Positions 20,821 to 31,162 of a stretch of DNA of 64,000 nt are shown here, one piece after another (the stretch's first letter is position 1; each line of letters begins with the position of its first letter). The position numbers and the translations under genes are program-made. This DNA is from Myxococcota bacterium. Its GTDB lineage: Bacteria > Myxococcota_A > UBA796 > CAJQPC01. The notes beneath the pieces were generated by a model. The model was not told the DNA's origin. It ran no database searches and saw only the letters and a program-made list of their open reading frames with translations. The stretch spans positions 1-64,000 of the forward strand of contig JAZAMN010000062.1 in the NCBI GenBank assembly GCA_036229005.1, written 5' to 3'.

Positions 20821-22440
20821 TCAGTACATCAGGATGCGGGGGTCGCGGAGCACCACGGAGATGACCCCCGACCAGGCATCGACGGGGTCCTCCTGCACGC
20901 TCCACAGCTCGCGCCAGAGGGTGGTGAGCAGCGCGACCTCGGGGGCCTTGGGGCCCAGGGGGATGCCCGTGGCCTCCAGGTAGAGGCTGCGGATCTGGGC
21001 CTCGAAGGCCTCGGTGTCCTCTGGGCGGGTGCTCGCGTCCACGTGGTGCAGCAGGATGGTGGGCTCCGTGCGCTCGGCGTCCAGATCGTGGCGGGCCACG
21101 TGGTAGGCGGCGGACTGCGCCAGGCGCTCCTGGATGAACACGCGGGCCACCGAGGGGTCGTGGCTGGGCGCCGCCACGTCCTGGGAGTCGATGCCGCCGC
21201 CGAGCACCTGCAGGTCACCTCGCTTGAGCCCATCGGCCCCATCAAATGTCCAGCGGTACCCGGTCGTGTCGGTGATGATCGAGGAGAGCTGGTCAGGCTG
21301 GACCGTCTTCACCGTCACCAGCCGCTGAATGAGCTCGGCATCGCTGGTCCCGGCGGCGCGGTACTCCGGCGAGAGCACGATGCTGCGCACCAGGGTGCGG
21401 ATGTTCATGTCGCTGTCCAAGAACGCCTGCTCGTGGGCGGAGATCTCGGTCCAGTCGGCGTCCTGGAGCTCGCGCTGGGTCAGGCCCTCCCAGAAGGTCT
21501 GCACGGCGCACTGGGCGAAGCGGCGCTCGGAGGCCAGGCCCTCGGCCAGCTCGACCAGATCCATGGTGGGGCGGCCCTGCCAGGCGGGGGCCAGACCGCT
21601 GCCGTCCTGCCACAGCGGCTCGTCCTCGGGGCGGTAGAGCACCTGCAGCTCGGGGCGCGCGTCGTCGGCCTGGTCCCACCAGAAGCCGTAGAAGTGGCTG
21701 GCCAAGGGGTCCAGGCTGGAGTGGCAGTTCTGGCAGGCGGGGGTCTGGGCGATGACGTCTTCGGGGTCGCCGCTGGTCAGCGCGTCGATCTGGGTGCGCG
21801 AGAAGCTCACGGGGCGGCCCAGGTAGTCGTCGCAGAGCAGCATCATGGACACGGCGTTGGCCCGGTGCCGGTTCTGGTTGACCCCGGCGGAGGGGTAGCG
21901 GGTCCACACCGTGGTCATGCTCAGGATGCCGGCGTGGGGCCGGTCGTCGCGGTAGTGGCCCACCGTCCAGTCGGGGCTGTCGCTCTCCCGCTCGATGTCC
22001 CAGAGTGCGGCGGTGACCGGATCGGCCATCGTGTAGTCGGCCAGCACGATCTCGGACCAGGGCAGGTCATTGGAGATGATGTGGCGGGCCAGGGCCAGCG
22101 GCTCCTCGTTGGCGTGGGCGGCGGCCTCGGCCTGGGTCAGGTCGATGCCCAGCTCGCCGGGCTCGAAGGGGAGGGTGCCCGTGCGCGTGAGCATGCGGGT
22201 GTTCAGGATCACGCTGGCCCGGTCCAGAAAGCGCGGGTCCTGCAGGTAGCGGTCCACAAAGTCGGCGTACAAGGCAGGGTTCTGCTCGATTCGTAGCAGG
22301 TCGGCCTCGGTGGGGTGCACGCCGCGCAGGTCCACGCTCACGCGGATGAGCTGCTCGCGCGGGGTGAGCAGGTGCAGGTGCTCGGGGGGCCCGGTGTCCT
22401 CGACCTCGGACAGGGAGCAGGCGGCCAGTAGGAGGAGCAT
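20821..22440 (-). CDS. DUF1585/DUF1592-like CxxCH lipoprotein (partner of DUF1501)
   Basis: MLLLLAAC, LIRVSVDLRGVHPT, RPHAGILS, NRHRAN, heme motif CQNCH followed by LDPLA, RFAQCAV, LVRSIVLSPEY. Confidence 0.8.
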   Translation of the reverse strand: MLLLLAACSLSEVEDTGPPEHLHLLTPREQLIRVSVDLRGVHPTEADLLRIEQNPALYADFVDRYLQDPRFLDRASVILNTRMLTRTGTLPFEPGELGIDLTQAEAAAHANEEPLALARHIISNDLPWSEIVLADYTMADPVTAALWDIERESDSPDWTVGHYRDDRPHAGILSMTTVWTRYPSAGVNQNRHRANAVSMMLLCDDYLGRPVSFSRTQIDALTSGDPEDVIAQTPACQNCHSSLDPLASHFYGFWWDQADDARPELQVLYRPEDEPLWQDGSGLAPAWQGRPTMDLVELAEGLASERRFAQCAVQTFWEGLTQRELQDADWTEISAHEQAFLDSDMNIRTLVRSIVLSPEYRAAGTSDAELIQRLVTVKTVQPDQLSSIITDTTGYRWTFDGADGLKRGDLQVLGGGIDSQDVAAPSHDPSVARVFIQERLAQSAAYHVARHDLDAERTEPTILLHHVDASTRPEDTEAFEAQIRSLYLEATGIPLGPKAPEVALLTTLWRELWSVQEDPVDAWSGVISVVLRDPRILMY

Positions 22441-23465
22441 CAGTACCCCCGGCGGTCAGGGAGGAAGCCGGCGGGATCCGGCGGGGACAGCCGCGGATCG
22501 CTCCACAGCCAGGACAGGTCGGTGCAGATCAGCTGCTCCTGGGCCACGCCGCGCACGTACAGGGACGCGCAGCCGTCGCAGTCCGTGTAGGGGCTGTTGT
22601 CGTAGGCCTCGCCGGAGGCCACATCTTCTTCGCGGGGCTGGAAGACCAGGTGGAACCAGGTGGCGTCGGGGGTGCGCACGCCGATCCAGCCGCGGGGCTC
22701 CTGGGTGCACTCGTCGGGGCCCAGGGCTTCGGGCTCAGCCCAGGCCAGGTCCACGACCAGGGAGTCGAAGTTGCCCTGCAGCAGGGGCTCGAACAGGTAG
22801 ACGTTGCCCTTGAGGGCCAGCTCCAGGGTCTGGGACTCGCCGGCCTGCTCGCCGCTCATCTCCAGGGAGAGATCGGAGCGCCAGCCCTCGGGGTGGACGG
22901 TGCCCTCCATGGGGAGCGTGCCGCGCAGGGTGCCGTCCACGTCGCTGCGCCAGGTCCAGCGCGCGTAGTCCGTGTCGGGGTCGCTGACCTGCAGCAGGCT
23001 GTCCTCGGCCCGGCCGTCCCAGGAGAAGAAGGTCTGCTGGGTGTCGCGCACCAGGGCGTCGGCCTGCAGGGTGCGCTCCGCTTCGATGGACAGGCCACCG
23101 ATGTCCTCGCCGGCGATGTCGGTCTCCCAGCGCGCTTCACCCGCAAACTCAGCCCCGGAGGTGGACACACATGCGTCGACCCAACCCATCCACTCCTCCC
23201 CCTCGTCCGGCTCCGTAGGGTCACCGAAGTAGAGGTCGGGGCACCCCGAAGAACCCAGCTCCAACGCCGCGAAGTGCTGGGTCCATGCCCTCTCGGCGTG
23301 CACGCCCAGGGCCACGTCCAGGGCCTCGTTGGCGGCCACGGCCAGATCCATTCCGCTCATGTCGGGGATGGGCAGCAGCTCGACGCCCCGGGGAGGCCCG
23401 GTGTCGCCGGAGTCCACCGGCTCGGGGGTGCAGGCCACGGTCAAGAGAGGCAGAAGGGGCAGCAT
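22440..23465 (-). CDS. Hypothetical lipoprotein
   Basis: MLPLLPLLTVAC, acidic Cys-containing body (GCP, CxxEPRG, CDGC). Overlaps both neighbours. Confidence 0.8.
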   Translation of the reverse strand: MLPLLPLLTVACTPEPVDSGDTGPPRGVELLPIPDMSGMDLAVAANEALDVALGVHAERAWTQHFAALELGSSGCPDLYFGDPTEPDEGEEWMGWVDACVSTSGAEFAGEARWETDIAGEDIGGLSIEAERTLQADALVRDTQQTFFSWDGRAEDSLLQVSDPDTDYARWTWRSDVDGTLRGTLPMEGTVHPEGWRSDLSLEMSGEQAGESQTLELALKGNVYLFEPLLQGNFDSLVVDLAWAEPEALGPDECTQEPRGWIGVRTPDATWFHLVFQPREEDVASGEAYDNSPYTDCDGCASLYVRGVAQEQLICTDLSWLWSDPRLSPPDPAGFLPDRRGY

Positions 23466-24157
23466 CACTCCTCCTCCTCTTCGGGGAGCACGATGGCGAG
23501 CTCGGCGACCCACTGGATGGCCAGCAGCTCATCGGCCTCCATCGCGTCCCACCAGGGCAGCCAGAGGCCCGAGGACTGGTAGTCCTGGAGGATCAGCTCC
23601 TGCGCGGGGTCCCAGCCGAACCAGCCGATCTCGCCGTCCCGGGGCAGGTCGGGGTCGCGGCAATAGGCGGTGTTGCCCTCGACCACGGTGAACAGCAGCT
23701 CCCACGAGGCCGCGCAGGTGGGGCAGCTTGAGTCTTCCAGGGGGGTGCCGACGATCTCGTAGTGGACCAGGCAGCGCTCCTCTTCCTCCTCCAGGCCGGT
23801 GTCCCCGGTGTCGTCGCTGGGGCCTGCGCCGGTGTCCGCCCCGCTGTCCAGGGCCGTGTCGCCCGTGTCCGGGAGCTCGGGCCGCTCGGCGTTCAGGTAC
23901 TCCATCGCCAACAGGGTGCCGGTCAGGCCGCCGGTCTCCAGGTCCCGGGTCCACAGCCCGCGCTGCTCGAAGGTGATGGTGTCCTGGGGGACGAGATCCC
24001 AGCCGGTGTCCTGCGCCGTATCGACGACAAAGGGCACGCCGTCGGTGTCCAAGGGCACGCTGCCCGTGTCGACGGGGTCGGGGAGGGTGGTCGGCGCCGT
24101 GTCCTCGGTCGCCCCCAGGCCGCAGGCAAGCAATTGAAATGAAAGCGGAAGCAGCAC
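23465..24157 (-). CDS. Hypothetical lipoprotein with DTG-rich linkers
   Basis: LLPLSFQLLAC, many DTG/DSG/DTA repeats, CPTC motif. Start is uncertain (GTG 24157 chosen). Confidence 0.7.
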   Translation of the reverse strand: MLLPLSFQLLACGLGATEDTAPTTLPDPVDTGSVPLDTDGVPFVVDTAQDTGWDLVPQDTITFEQRGLWTRDLETGGLTGTLLAMEYLNAERPELPDTGDTALDSGADTGAGPSDDTGDTGLEEEEERCLVHYEIVGTPLEDSSCPTCAASWELLFTVVEGNTAYCRDPDLPRDGEIGWFGWDPAQELILQDYQSSGLWLPWWDAMEADELLAIQWVAELAIVLPEEEEE

Positions 24158-24262
24158 GGGGCCTCGGGCGTGTAAGGCTGGCATCATTGTCAAAGGGGAC
24201 CGCATCCCCTTGGTTCTCAAAGTAGTATGGACACATCTCGAAGTTCTTCGAAAGGTCTTGGG

Positions 24263-25645
24263 ATGTCTCTGAAAGTCTTGCTGCTGCTCGCCAACACCGC
24301 CCAGGCCGCCACGGTCGAGGTCTCCCCTGGGGACGATCTCGCGGCCCTCACCTCCAGCCTCCAGGCCGGGGACGTGGTGTCTTTCGAGGAGGGGATCTAC
24401 CCCCTGGACAGCCGCCTGAACCTCTCTGAGCTGCTGGGTACAGAGGACGCGCCGATCGTGCTTGAGGGCATCGGCGAGGTCTGGCTGGAGCTGTCCGGAT
24501 CCGGGCGCACGCTGGTGTTGAGCGACTCCGCCCACGTGCAGTTCAAGAACCTGGGCTTCCGCGGGACCCCCGGCGCCGAGACCCAACCCGAGGGTCTGCA
24601 GATCGCCCGCAGCGACGACATCCTGGTGGAGGACTGTCGCTTCGAGGACCTGGGCGGCACGGCCATCTACTTCTCGGGCGACACCGACAGCGCCGTCATC
24701 CGGGGCAACCGCATCCAGCGCCTGGCCAACAACCACGGCATCTACCTGGGCTGCTCGGACGCGAGCTGCTGGAGCACCGGCGCGCTGGTCGAGCAGAACC
24801 TGGTCACGGACCTCTCGGGGGAGTGGTCCCAGGGCATCGTCGTGGAGAACGGCGGCACGGACAACACCGTGCGCGACAACGTGGTCGCCGACATCACGGG
24901 CATCGGCATCCGGGTACGCTCCACCGAGTACTCCGACCCCAACGTGGTCGAGGGCAACGCCGTGTGGCAGACCTGGGAGGGCATGGTCATCGAGGGCGCC
25001 GCCGTGGTGCGCAACAACGTGGTCTTCTGCACCGAGCAGGAGGGCATCATCGCCCGCGCCACCCGCGAGGCCTTCGAGGAGGTGGTCATCGCCAACAACA
25101 CGGTGGTCGACACCGGAGAGTGGGCGATCTACCTGGAGGACTGGGAGCTTGGGAGCGGCCATGTGCTGGCCAACAACGCCCTGTCCAACCCCGTCGGGCA
25201 GGCCCTCTACCTGCGCGAGCCCGCGCCCGACGCGCTCTTTGTCGGCAACATCGTCACCGGGCTGGTCCAGGGCCTCGAGGACGGCTTCGTGCCCGGCGGC
25301 GGCTTCGGCGACTTCCTGGACGTCGAGCACGCCCAGCTCTACCCCTCGCAGAACTCTCCGCTGCTCGCCGCGGGGGAGGGGATGGCCGAGGCTTGGGTCC
25401 CCGCCCAGGACTTCAACGGCGTGGACCGGGAGGGCACCGCGCCCGGCGTGGGCGCCTACGAGTGGGTGCACCCCGAGAACCCCGGCTGGTGGATCCAGAA
25501 GGACTTCAAGGAGCTCGGCTACGACGAGACCCTCTTGGTCAACGAGCTCGAGGGCTGCGGGGGAGGCCGGGCCGCGGGGCTCGCGCTGGTGGCGATGCTG
25601 GGGCTTCTGGGGCTGGGTCGCTGGCGCGAGACGATGCAGCACTGA
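24263..25645 (+). CDS. Right-handed parallel beta-helix protein with MYXO-CTERM-like C-terminal anchor
   Basis: Signal peptide, SLQAGDVV..EEGIY, repeated V/I-x-x-N-x-V Asn ladders with GI strands, VGAYE, C-terminal GCG...LALVAMLGLLGLGRWR. Confidence 0.85.
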   Translation: MSLKVLLLLANTAQAATVEVSPGDDLAALTSSLQAGDVVSFEEGIYPLDSRLNLSELLGTEDAPIVLEGIGEVWLELSGSGRTLVLSDSAHVQFKNLGFRGTPGAETQPEGLQIARSDDILVEDCRFEDLGGTAIYFSGDTDSAVIRGNRIQRLANNHGIYLGCSDASCWSTGALVEQNLVTDLSGEWSQGIVVENGGTDNTVRDNVVADITGIGIRVRSTEYSDPNVVEGNAVWQTWEGMVIEGAAVVRNNVVFCTEQEGIIARATREAFEEVVIANNTVVDTGEWAIYLEDWELGSGHVLANNALSNPVGQALYLREPAPDALFVGNIVTGLVQGLEDGFVPGGGFGDFLDVEHAQLYPSQNSPLLAAGEGMAEAWVPAQDFNGVDREGTAPGVGAYEWVHPENPGWWIQKDFKELGYDETLLVNELEGCGGGRAAGLALVAMLGLLGLGRWRETMQH

Positions 25646-25664
25646 GCCCACTTGAAGGGGCGCC

Positions 25665-25909
25665 TCAGTCCTCCTTGGGCAGCTCCCGCAGGGTCATCAG
25701 CAGCGCGGCCTGCTCGACCTGGGTGTCGTTCTCCACGTGCACCTGGACCACCACGCTGGGGGCGCGGGCCGCCAGACGCTCCAGGGTGCCTTCGCCCTCG
25801 ACCTCGCACAGGCAGTCTCCGCGGCCCACCTGCTGGCCGGGCTTGACCAGGACCTCGACCCACCCGGGGATGTTGGCCCGCACGCGCACCTCGTTGTTCC
25901 GATCGGCGA

Positions 25910-25913
<4 letters not shown>
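25665..25913 (-). CDS. Biotinyl/lipoyl-like domain protein lacking the attachment Lys
   Basis: VRANIPG..VLVKPGQQVGRGDCLCEVE...V.VENDTQVEQAALL. GTGA overlap with the regulator stop. Confidence 0.7.
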
Positions 25914-27265
<1,352 letters not shown>

Positions 27266-27315
27266 GGGGAGCTCCAGGTGTGGTGTGCAGACAACTTGGC
27301 CGCAGTGGGACCGGG

Positions 27316-27331
27316 TGTCAAGCGGTTGACA
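27316..27331. promoter_or_regulatory. Perfect inverted repeat between divergent genes (back-to-back -35 boxes or operator)
   Basis: TGTCAA-GCGG-TTGACA in the AT-richer divergent intergenic region. Confidence 0.5.
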
Positions 27332-27388
27332 TTTTGTCTTGAGCAGGCGGGAGTGTGCAGGGATATGTTGCCCACATTGGAGGAACAC

Positions 27389-28057
27389 ATGAACCGGACC
27401 GCGCTCGCCATGAGCCTGTCTTTGCCCCTGCTGGTCGCCCTGAGCGCCTGCACCCGGGTCTCCGGGACCGTGGACGGGGAGTCCCCCGACGCTGTCGAGG
27501 CCATCTTCATCCAGAACGACGAGGCCTACGGCTCGGACGGTTCGATCCAGGTGTGGATCAGCGACGTGCCGGAGTCCTGCGATGCCTTCGCCGAGTTCTA
27601 CAACGACCTGCCCGAGGACTGGTGGGACTGGCTGGACACCGAGGAGATCGTCGACGCCTACGAGCGGAACCTGCCCGAGCAGCACTGGCTGACCAAGGTG
27701 ACCTTCCGCGTGGACGACGTGGACGACGAGCTGGGCGGCCTGGAGTTCAAGGGCGTGGACTGGGACGAGAGCCTGGCCGACGACGACGAGATGAAGGCCA
27801 CCACCTACTTCCAGGAGCGCTACCCGGAGGAGGACGAGCTGGACGTCGAGGGCCTGCTGGGCGGCGACCAGGACTGGGGTGAGACCTGGTACTCGGACGA
27901 CGGCGACGGCAAGATCACCGGGCACACCCCGGACGAGAGCCTGCGCGGGAACTTCGCCGCAGAGTTCGTGGACTCCGACGGCGACGACCAGGGGGAGCTC
28001 AGCCTGAGCTTCGCCGCGACCCGCTGCCGCGACCTGGAAGACGCCCTGGATCTCTAG
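27389..28057 (+). CDS. Hypothetical acidic lipoprotein
   Basis: GGAGGA RBS, canonical signal MNRTALAMSLSLPLLVALSAC, very D/E-rich, ends LSFAATRC. Confidence 0.82.
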   Translation: MNRTALAMSLSLPLLVALSACTRVSGTVDGESPDAVEAIFIQNDEAYGSDGSIQVWISDVPESCDAFAEFYNDLPEDWWDWLDTEEIVDAYERNLPEQHWLTKVTFRVDDVDDELGGLEFKGVDWDESLADDDEMKATTYFQERYPEEDELDVEGLLGGDQDWGETWYSDDGDGKITGHTPDESLRGNFAAEFVDSDGDDQGELSLSFAATRCRDLEDALDL

Positions 28058-28060
28058 GGC

Positions 28061-29497
28061 TCACTCGCAGCCGAACACCGCCCACTGACCGCCCTGTGCT
28101 TGGGCGACCTGGGCGCTGTCGTCCTGCAGGATGACAAAGTCGGGCGACTCGGAGCCCGTCAGGTGGACGCTCTTCCAGCGGAGGGTGCCCCCGTCCTGCA
28201 GGGTGTGCTTGCCCTCGAGGGCATCCCACACGGCGCCGCTCTCGGTGGAGGGGGGCGTCGGCAGTCCGTATTCGATGCCGGGACTGAAGCCCTCGCCCTC
28301 TCCGGTGTAGGCGAACCAGTCCTGCCGCTCGCTGCTGCTGTCCTCGAACACCAGCAGGTCCGGGTGCCGGTCCCCGTTCAGGTCCAGGGTGGTCCACTGG
28401 ACGGTCCCGCCTTCGACCTCGGCGCTGCCCTCCAGGGTGGGCCAGTCGTGCCCGGTCTCTTCGGGCAGCATCAGGTTCACGGGGTTCTCGGAGAAGCCGC
28501 CGCTCTCGCCCGGGTGCACCATCCAGCGCTCGCTGCCCAGGGTCTCGTCGGGGTCCGCGTGGGTGAGCACCAGGTCCAGCTCGCGGGTCCCCACCAGGTC
28601 CCTGGTGAACCAGGTGAACGCGGTCTCGCCGTCCAAGCTGAGCAGCGGCTCACCGAAGGTGCTGGGCAGGCTCCACTGCTCCACGCTGCCGAAGCCGTCG
28701 CCGTCCACGGGGAAGCTCTGCCAGAAGTCCTGCCCGACCTGCGTGTAGCCCTCGCGCATGGTGAACACGAGCTCCATCACACCGTCGCCGTCCAGGTCGG
28801 TGACCTGCCAGGTGTTGCCGTCCTGGTTGCCGGACAGCCCGTTGAGGTTGACCGTCAGGGGCGGGAGCGTCCACTCGGTCGCCGTCTCTGCGAAGCCGCC
28901 CGCGCCGCCTCGGTACAGCTTCCAGTGGTCGACGCCCACCTGGGGGTCGGAGGCGTCCTGGTACACCAGCAGGTCCTGCACCCCGTCGCCGCTCAGGTCG
29001 AGCACCTCCCAGGCGACCAGCGAGCCCTCTCCGCCGCGCTCGCCGCTCAGGGAGTCATAGCGGTAGTCCCCCAGGGCTGCGGGCAGGGTCCAGCTCGTCG
29101 GCGTCTCGGAGAAGCCAGACTCGCTGCCCAGGTACACCCGCCAGGACTCCGTGGGGACCGCCGCGTCGGCGGCGTCGTTGATGACCACCAGGTCCAGGTA
29201 CCCGTCGCCGCTCAGGTCCAGCGTCTCCCACTGCACCGCCCCGCCGTTCGCGTTGCCGCGCCAGAGCGTGAATGCGTAGCCCTCGGGCTCAGGCAGCTTC
29301 CAGGCCGTGGGCGTAGCGCTCAGGCCCGCGCAGGTGGTGGGGTCGCTGTCCGCATCGGAGTCCGCGTCGGAGTCGGCGTCCGCATCGGCGTCTGCGTCGG
29401 CGTCAGCGTCGCCCTCTTCGGGCACCGTGTCGTCCGGTGGGCTGGTGTCCGTGTCGTCCTTGGAGGTGCAGGCCAGGAGCAGAAAGAGCAGGGTCAT
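28061..29497 (-). CDS. FG-GAP/VCBS-repeat lipoprotein
   Basis: MTLLFLLLAC, (DA)n linker, about six repeats of W..LDL.GDG..DL+V...W..Y.G...GF......W.LP. Confidence 0.88.
   Translation of the reverse strand: MTLLFLLLACTSKDDTDTSPPDDTVPEEGDADADADADADADSDADSDADSDPTTCAGLSATPTAWKLPEPEGYAFTLWRGNANGGAVQWETLDLSGDGYLDLVVINDAADAAVPTESWRVYLGSESGFSETPTSWTLPAALGDYRYDSLSGERGGEGSLVAWEVLDLSGDGVQDLLVYQDASDPQVGVDHWKLYRGGAGGFAETATEWTLPPLTVNLNGLSGNQDGNTWQVTDLDGDGVMELVFTMREGYTQVGQDFWQSFPVDGDGFGSVEQWSLPSTFGEPLLSLDGETAFTWFTRDLVGTRELDLVLTHADPDETLGSERWMVHPGESGGFSENPVNLMLPEETGHDWPTLEGSAEVEGGTVQWTTLDLNGDRHPDLLVFEDSSSERQDWFAYTGEGEGFSPGIEYGLPTPPSTESGAVWDALEGKHTLQDGGTLRWKSVHLTGSESPDFVILQDDSAQVAQAQGGQWAVFGCE
29342..29410 (-). 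repeat. Low-complexity coding repeat encoding DADADADADADADSDADSDADSD
   Basis: 6-nt periodicity with synonymous variation inside the lipoprotein linker. Confidence 0.85.
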
Positions 29498-31062
29498 CCT
29501 ATGTTCTCCGATTGCCGGTTTCGGCCGGCGTGGGGGGCCCAGCTCCCCAGGGGCAGGCGCAAGGCGATGCGCGTGCCGGGCTCCAGGGTGGACCAGGCCA
29601 CGGTCCCGCCGTGATCTTCCAGGATCTGGCGGGTGATCGCCAGTCCCAGCCCGCTGCCCTTCGCTTTCGTCGAGTAGAAGGGGTCGAATGCGCGCTCGGC
29701 GGCTTCGGGGCTCAACCCTGGACCATCGTCTTCTACGCGCAGCTCCAGGAACTCCTGGGTGTCGGCGAGGCACACCCGGACATGACGGGCCCCCGCCTCC
29801 AGGGCGTTCTTGACCACGTTGAGCACCGCTCGGCGGAGCTGCGTGGCGTCCACCTCGACCGGGGGGCCCTCCGCGAGGTCCAGCTCCAGCGACACCTGGG
29901 CCTGCAGCAGCTCCTGCTCCAACAGGCGGGCCACGGATCGCACCAGGTCGGCCAGGTCCGTGGGCTTGAGGTCGGGGGCGGGGCGCCGGGCAAGGGTCAG
30001 GTAGTGCTCGGTGGTCTTCTCCAGGCGCTCGATCTCACCGGTGACGGTCTCCAGGATCTCCTGGGCCTCGGCCTGCCGGTCCGCCGGCAGGGCCTCGAAC
30101 TCCTCGGCCAGCAGCTCGGCGTTCAGGCTCATGGCGTTGAGGGGGTTGCGCACCTCGTGGGTGATCTGGGCGAGCATCTGACCCACCAGCGCCAGCCGCT
30201 CCGCGCGGGCCAGGCGCTCCTGATCCGAGAGGGCCTGCTCCGCGCTGCGCCGGAGATCCTCGTCCCGCTGGGCGATGGCGGCGGCCATCTCGTTGATCCG
30301 CCGGGAGAGCACGCCCAGCTCATCGTCCCGCTGCACGTCCAGGCGCCCGCTGTAGTCACCGCCCGCGATGCGCTCGACGCCGCGGGTCATCTCGCCGATG
30401 GGCCTCAGCGCGATGACGGACAGCGCGAGCATCACCAGACCCAGGCTCAGGGCCACCAGAGCCAGGCTCCCGGAGGCCAGCAGGGCCGCGCGCTGGGCCT
30501 CGGCCGTCTCGTCCGCCAGCCCCCGGATGCGGCCATCCACCTGGCGGGCGAGCTGCTTGACCCGGGTCTCCAGCTCGCCGCGGGTGCGCACCAGCTCGGG
30601 CTCCAGGGCCTTGGCGTCGTGGGTGCGCCCGGCCTCCATCAGGTCCAGCCAGCGCTCGCTCACGTCCAGTAGCTGCTGGTTGTACTCGGCGATCACCTGA
30701 AGCTGCAGGTCCAGGCCCTCCAGCGAGCGCAGGTCCACCTCGTCCATCGGCAGCAGCAGTGCCTCGTCGATGGACTGACGGCCGCTCTGTACGCCCGACG
30801 AGATGCGGCGTTGGTGGAGTTGGGCGTTCGACCGCAATCCAGCCATCGGCCCCCCGCTGCGATCGAGATCCAGCTCCAGGCGCACCAGGCTGGCCTCCAT
30901 CGTCGACACCGAGCGGGAGAGGGGGATGTAGCCCTCGTCCAGCAGGCGCAGCCCCTGGCCGATGTCGCCGAGCTTCCACAGCCCCACCGTCAGCGCCGCG
31001 AGGAAGCAGGCGAAGGAGAAGGCGAAGGCGGCGATGATGCGCAGGCGCAGGGGCAGACCCAT
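29494..31062 (-). CDS. Membrane sensor histidine kinase (HAMP-HisKA-HATPase)
   Basis: Two TMs, HAMP (DELGVL), H-box ITHEVRNPL, NVVKNA, DDGPG, FDPFYSTK, GSGLGL. Confidence 0.96.
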   Translation of the reverse strand: MGLPLRLRIIAAFAFSFACFLAALTVGLWKLGDIGQGLRLLDEGYIPLSRSVSTMEASLVRLELDLDRSGGPMAGLRSNAQLHQRRISSGVQSGRQSIDEALLLPMDEVDLRSLEGLDLQLQVIAEYNQQLLDVSERWLDLMEAGRTHDAKALEPELVRTRGELETRVKQLARQVDGRIRGLADETAEAQRAALLASGSLALVALSLGLVMLALSVIALRPIGEMTRGVERIAGGDYSGRLDVQRDDELGVLSRRINEMAAAIAQRDEDLRRSAEQALSDQERLARAERLALVGQMLAQITHEVRNPLNAMSLNAELLAEEFEALPADRQAEAQEILETVTGEIERLEKTTEHYLTLARRPAPDLKPTDLADLVRSVARLLEQELLQAQVSLELDLAEGPPVEVDATQLRRAVLNVVKNALEAGARHVRVCLADTQEFLELRVEDDGPGLSPEAAERAFDPFYSTKAKGSGLGLAITRQILEDHGGTVAWSTLEPGTRIALRLPLGSWAPHAGRNRQSENIG

Positions 31063-31162
31063 GCTCCTGTCGCTAACCTGCGTCTGGATTGATGGGGATC
31101 GCCCACGGGGTTAGGCGCTCCCGTCGCGTCCCGATGTCGGGCCCTCGAAACGGAGCGAGTTC

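Noticed and set aside
29342..29410. Short periodic repeats here and at 44522-44705 considered as CRISPR or contingency loci
   Set aside because: In-frame coding repeats with synonymous variation, no unique spacers and no cas genes.
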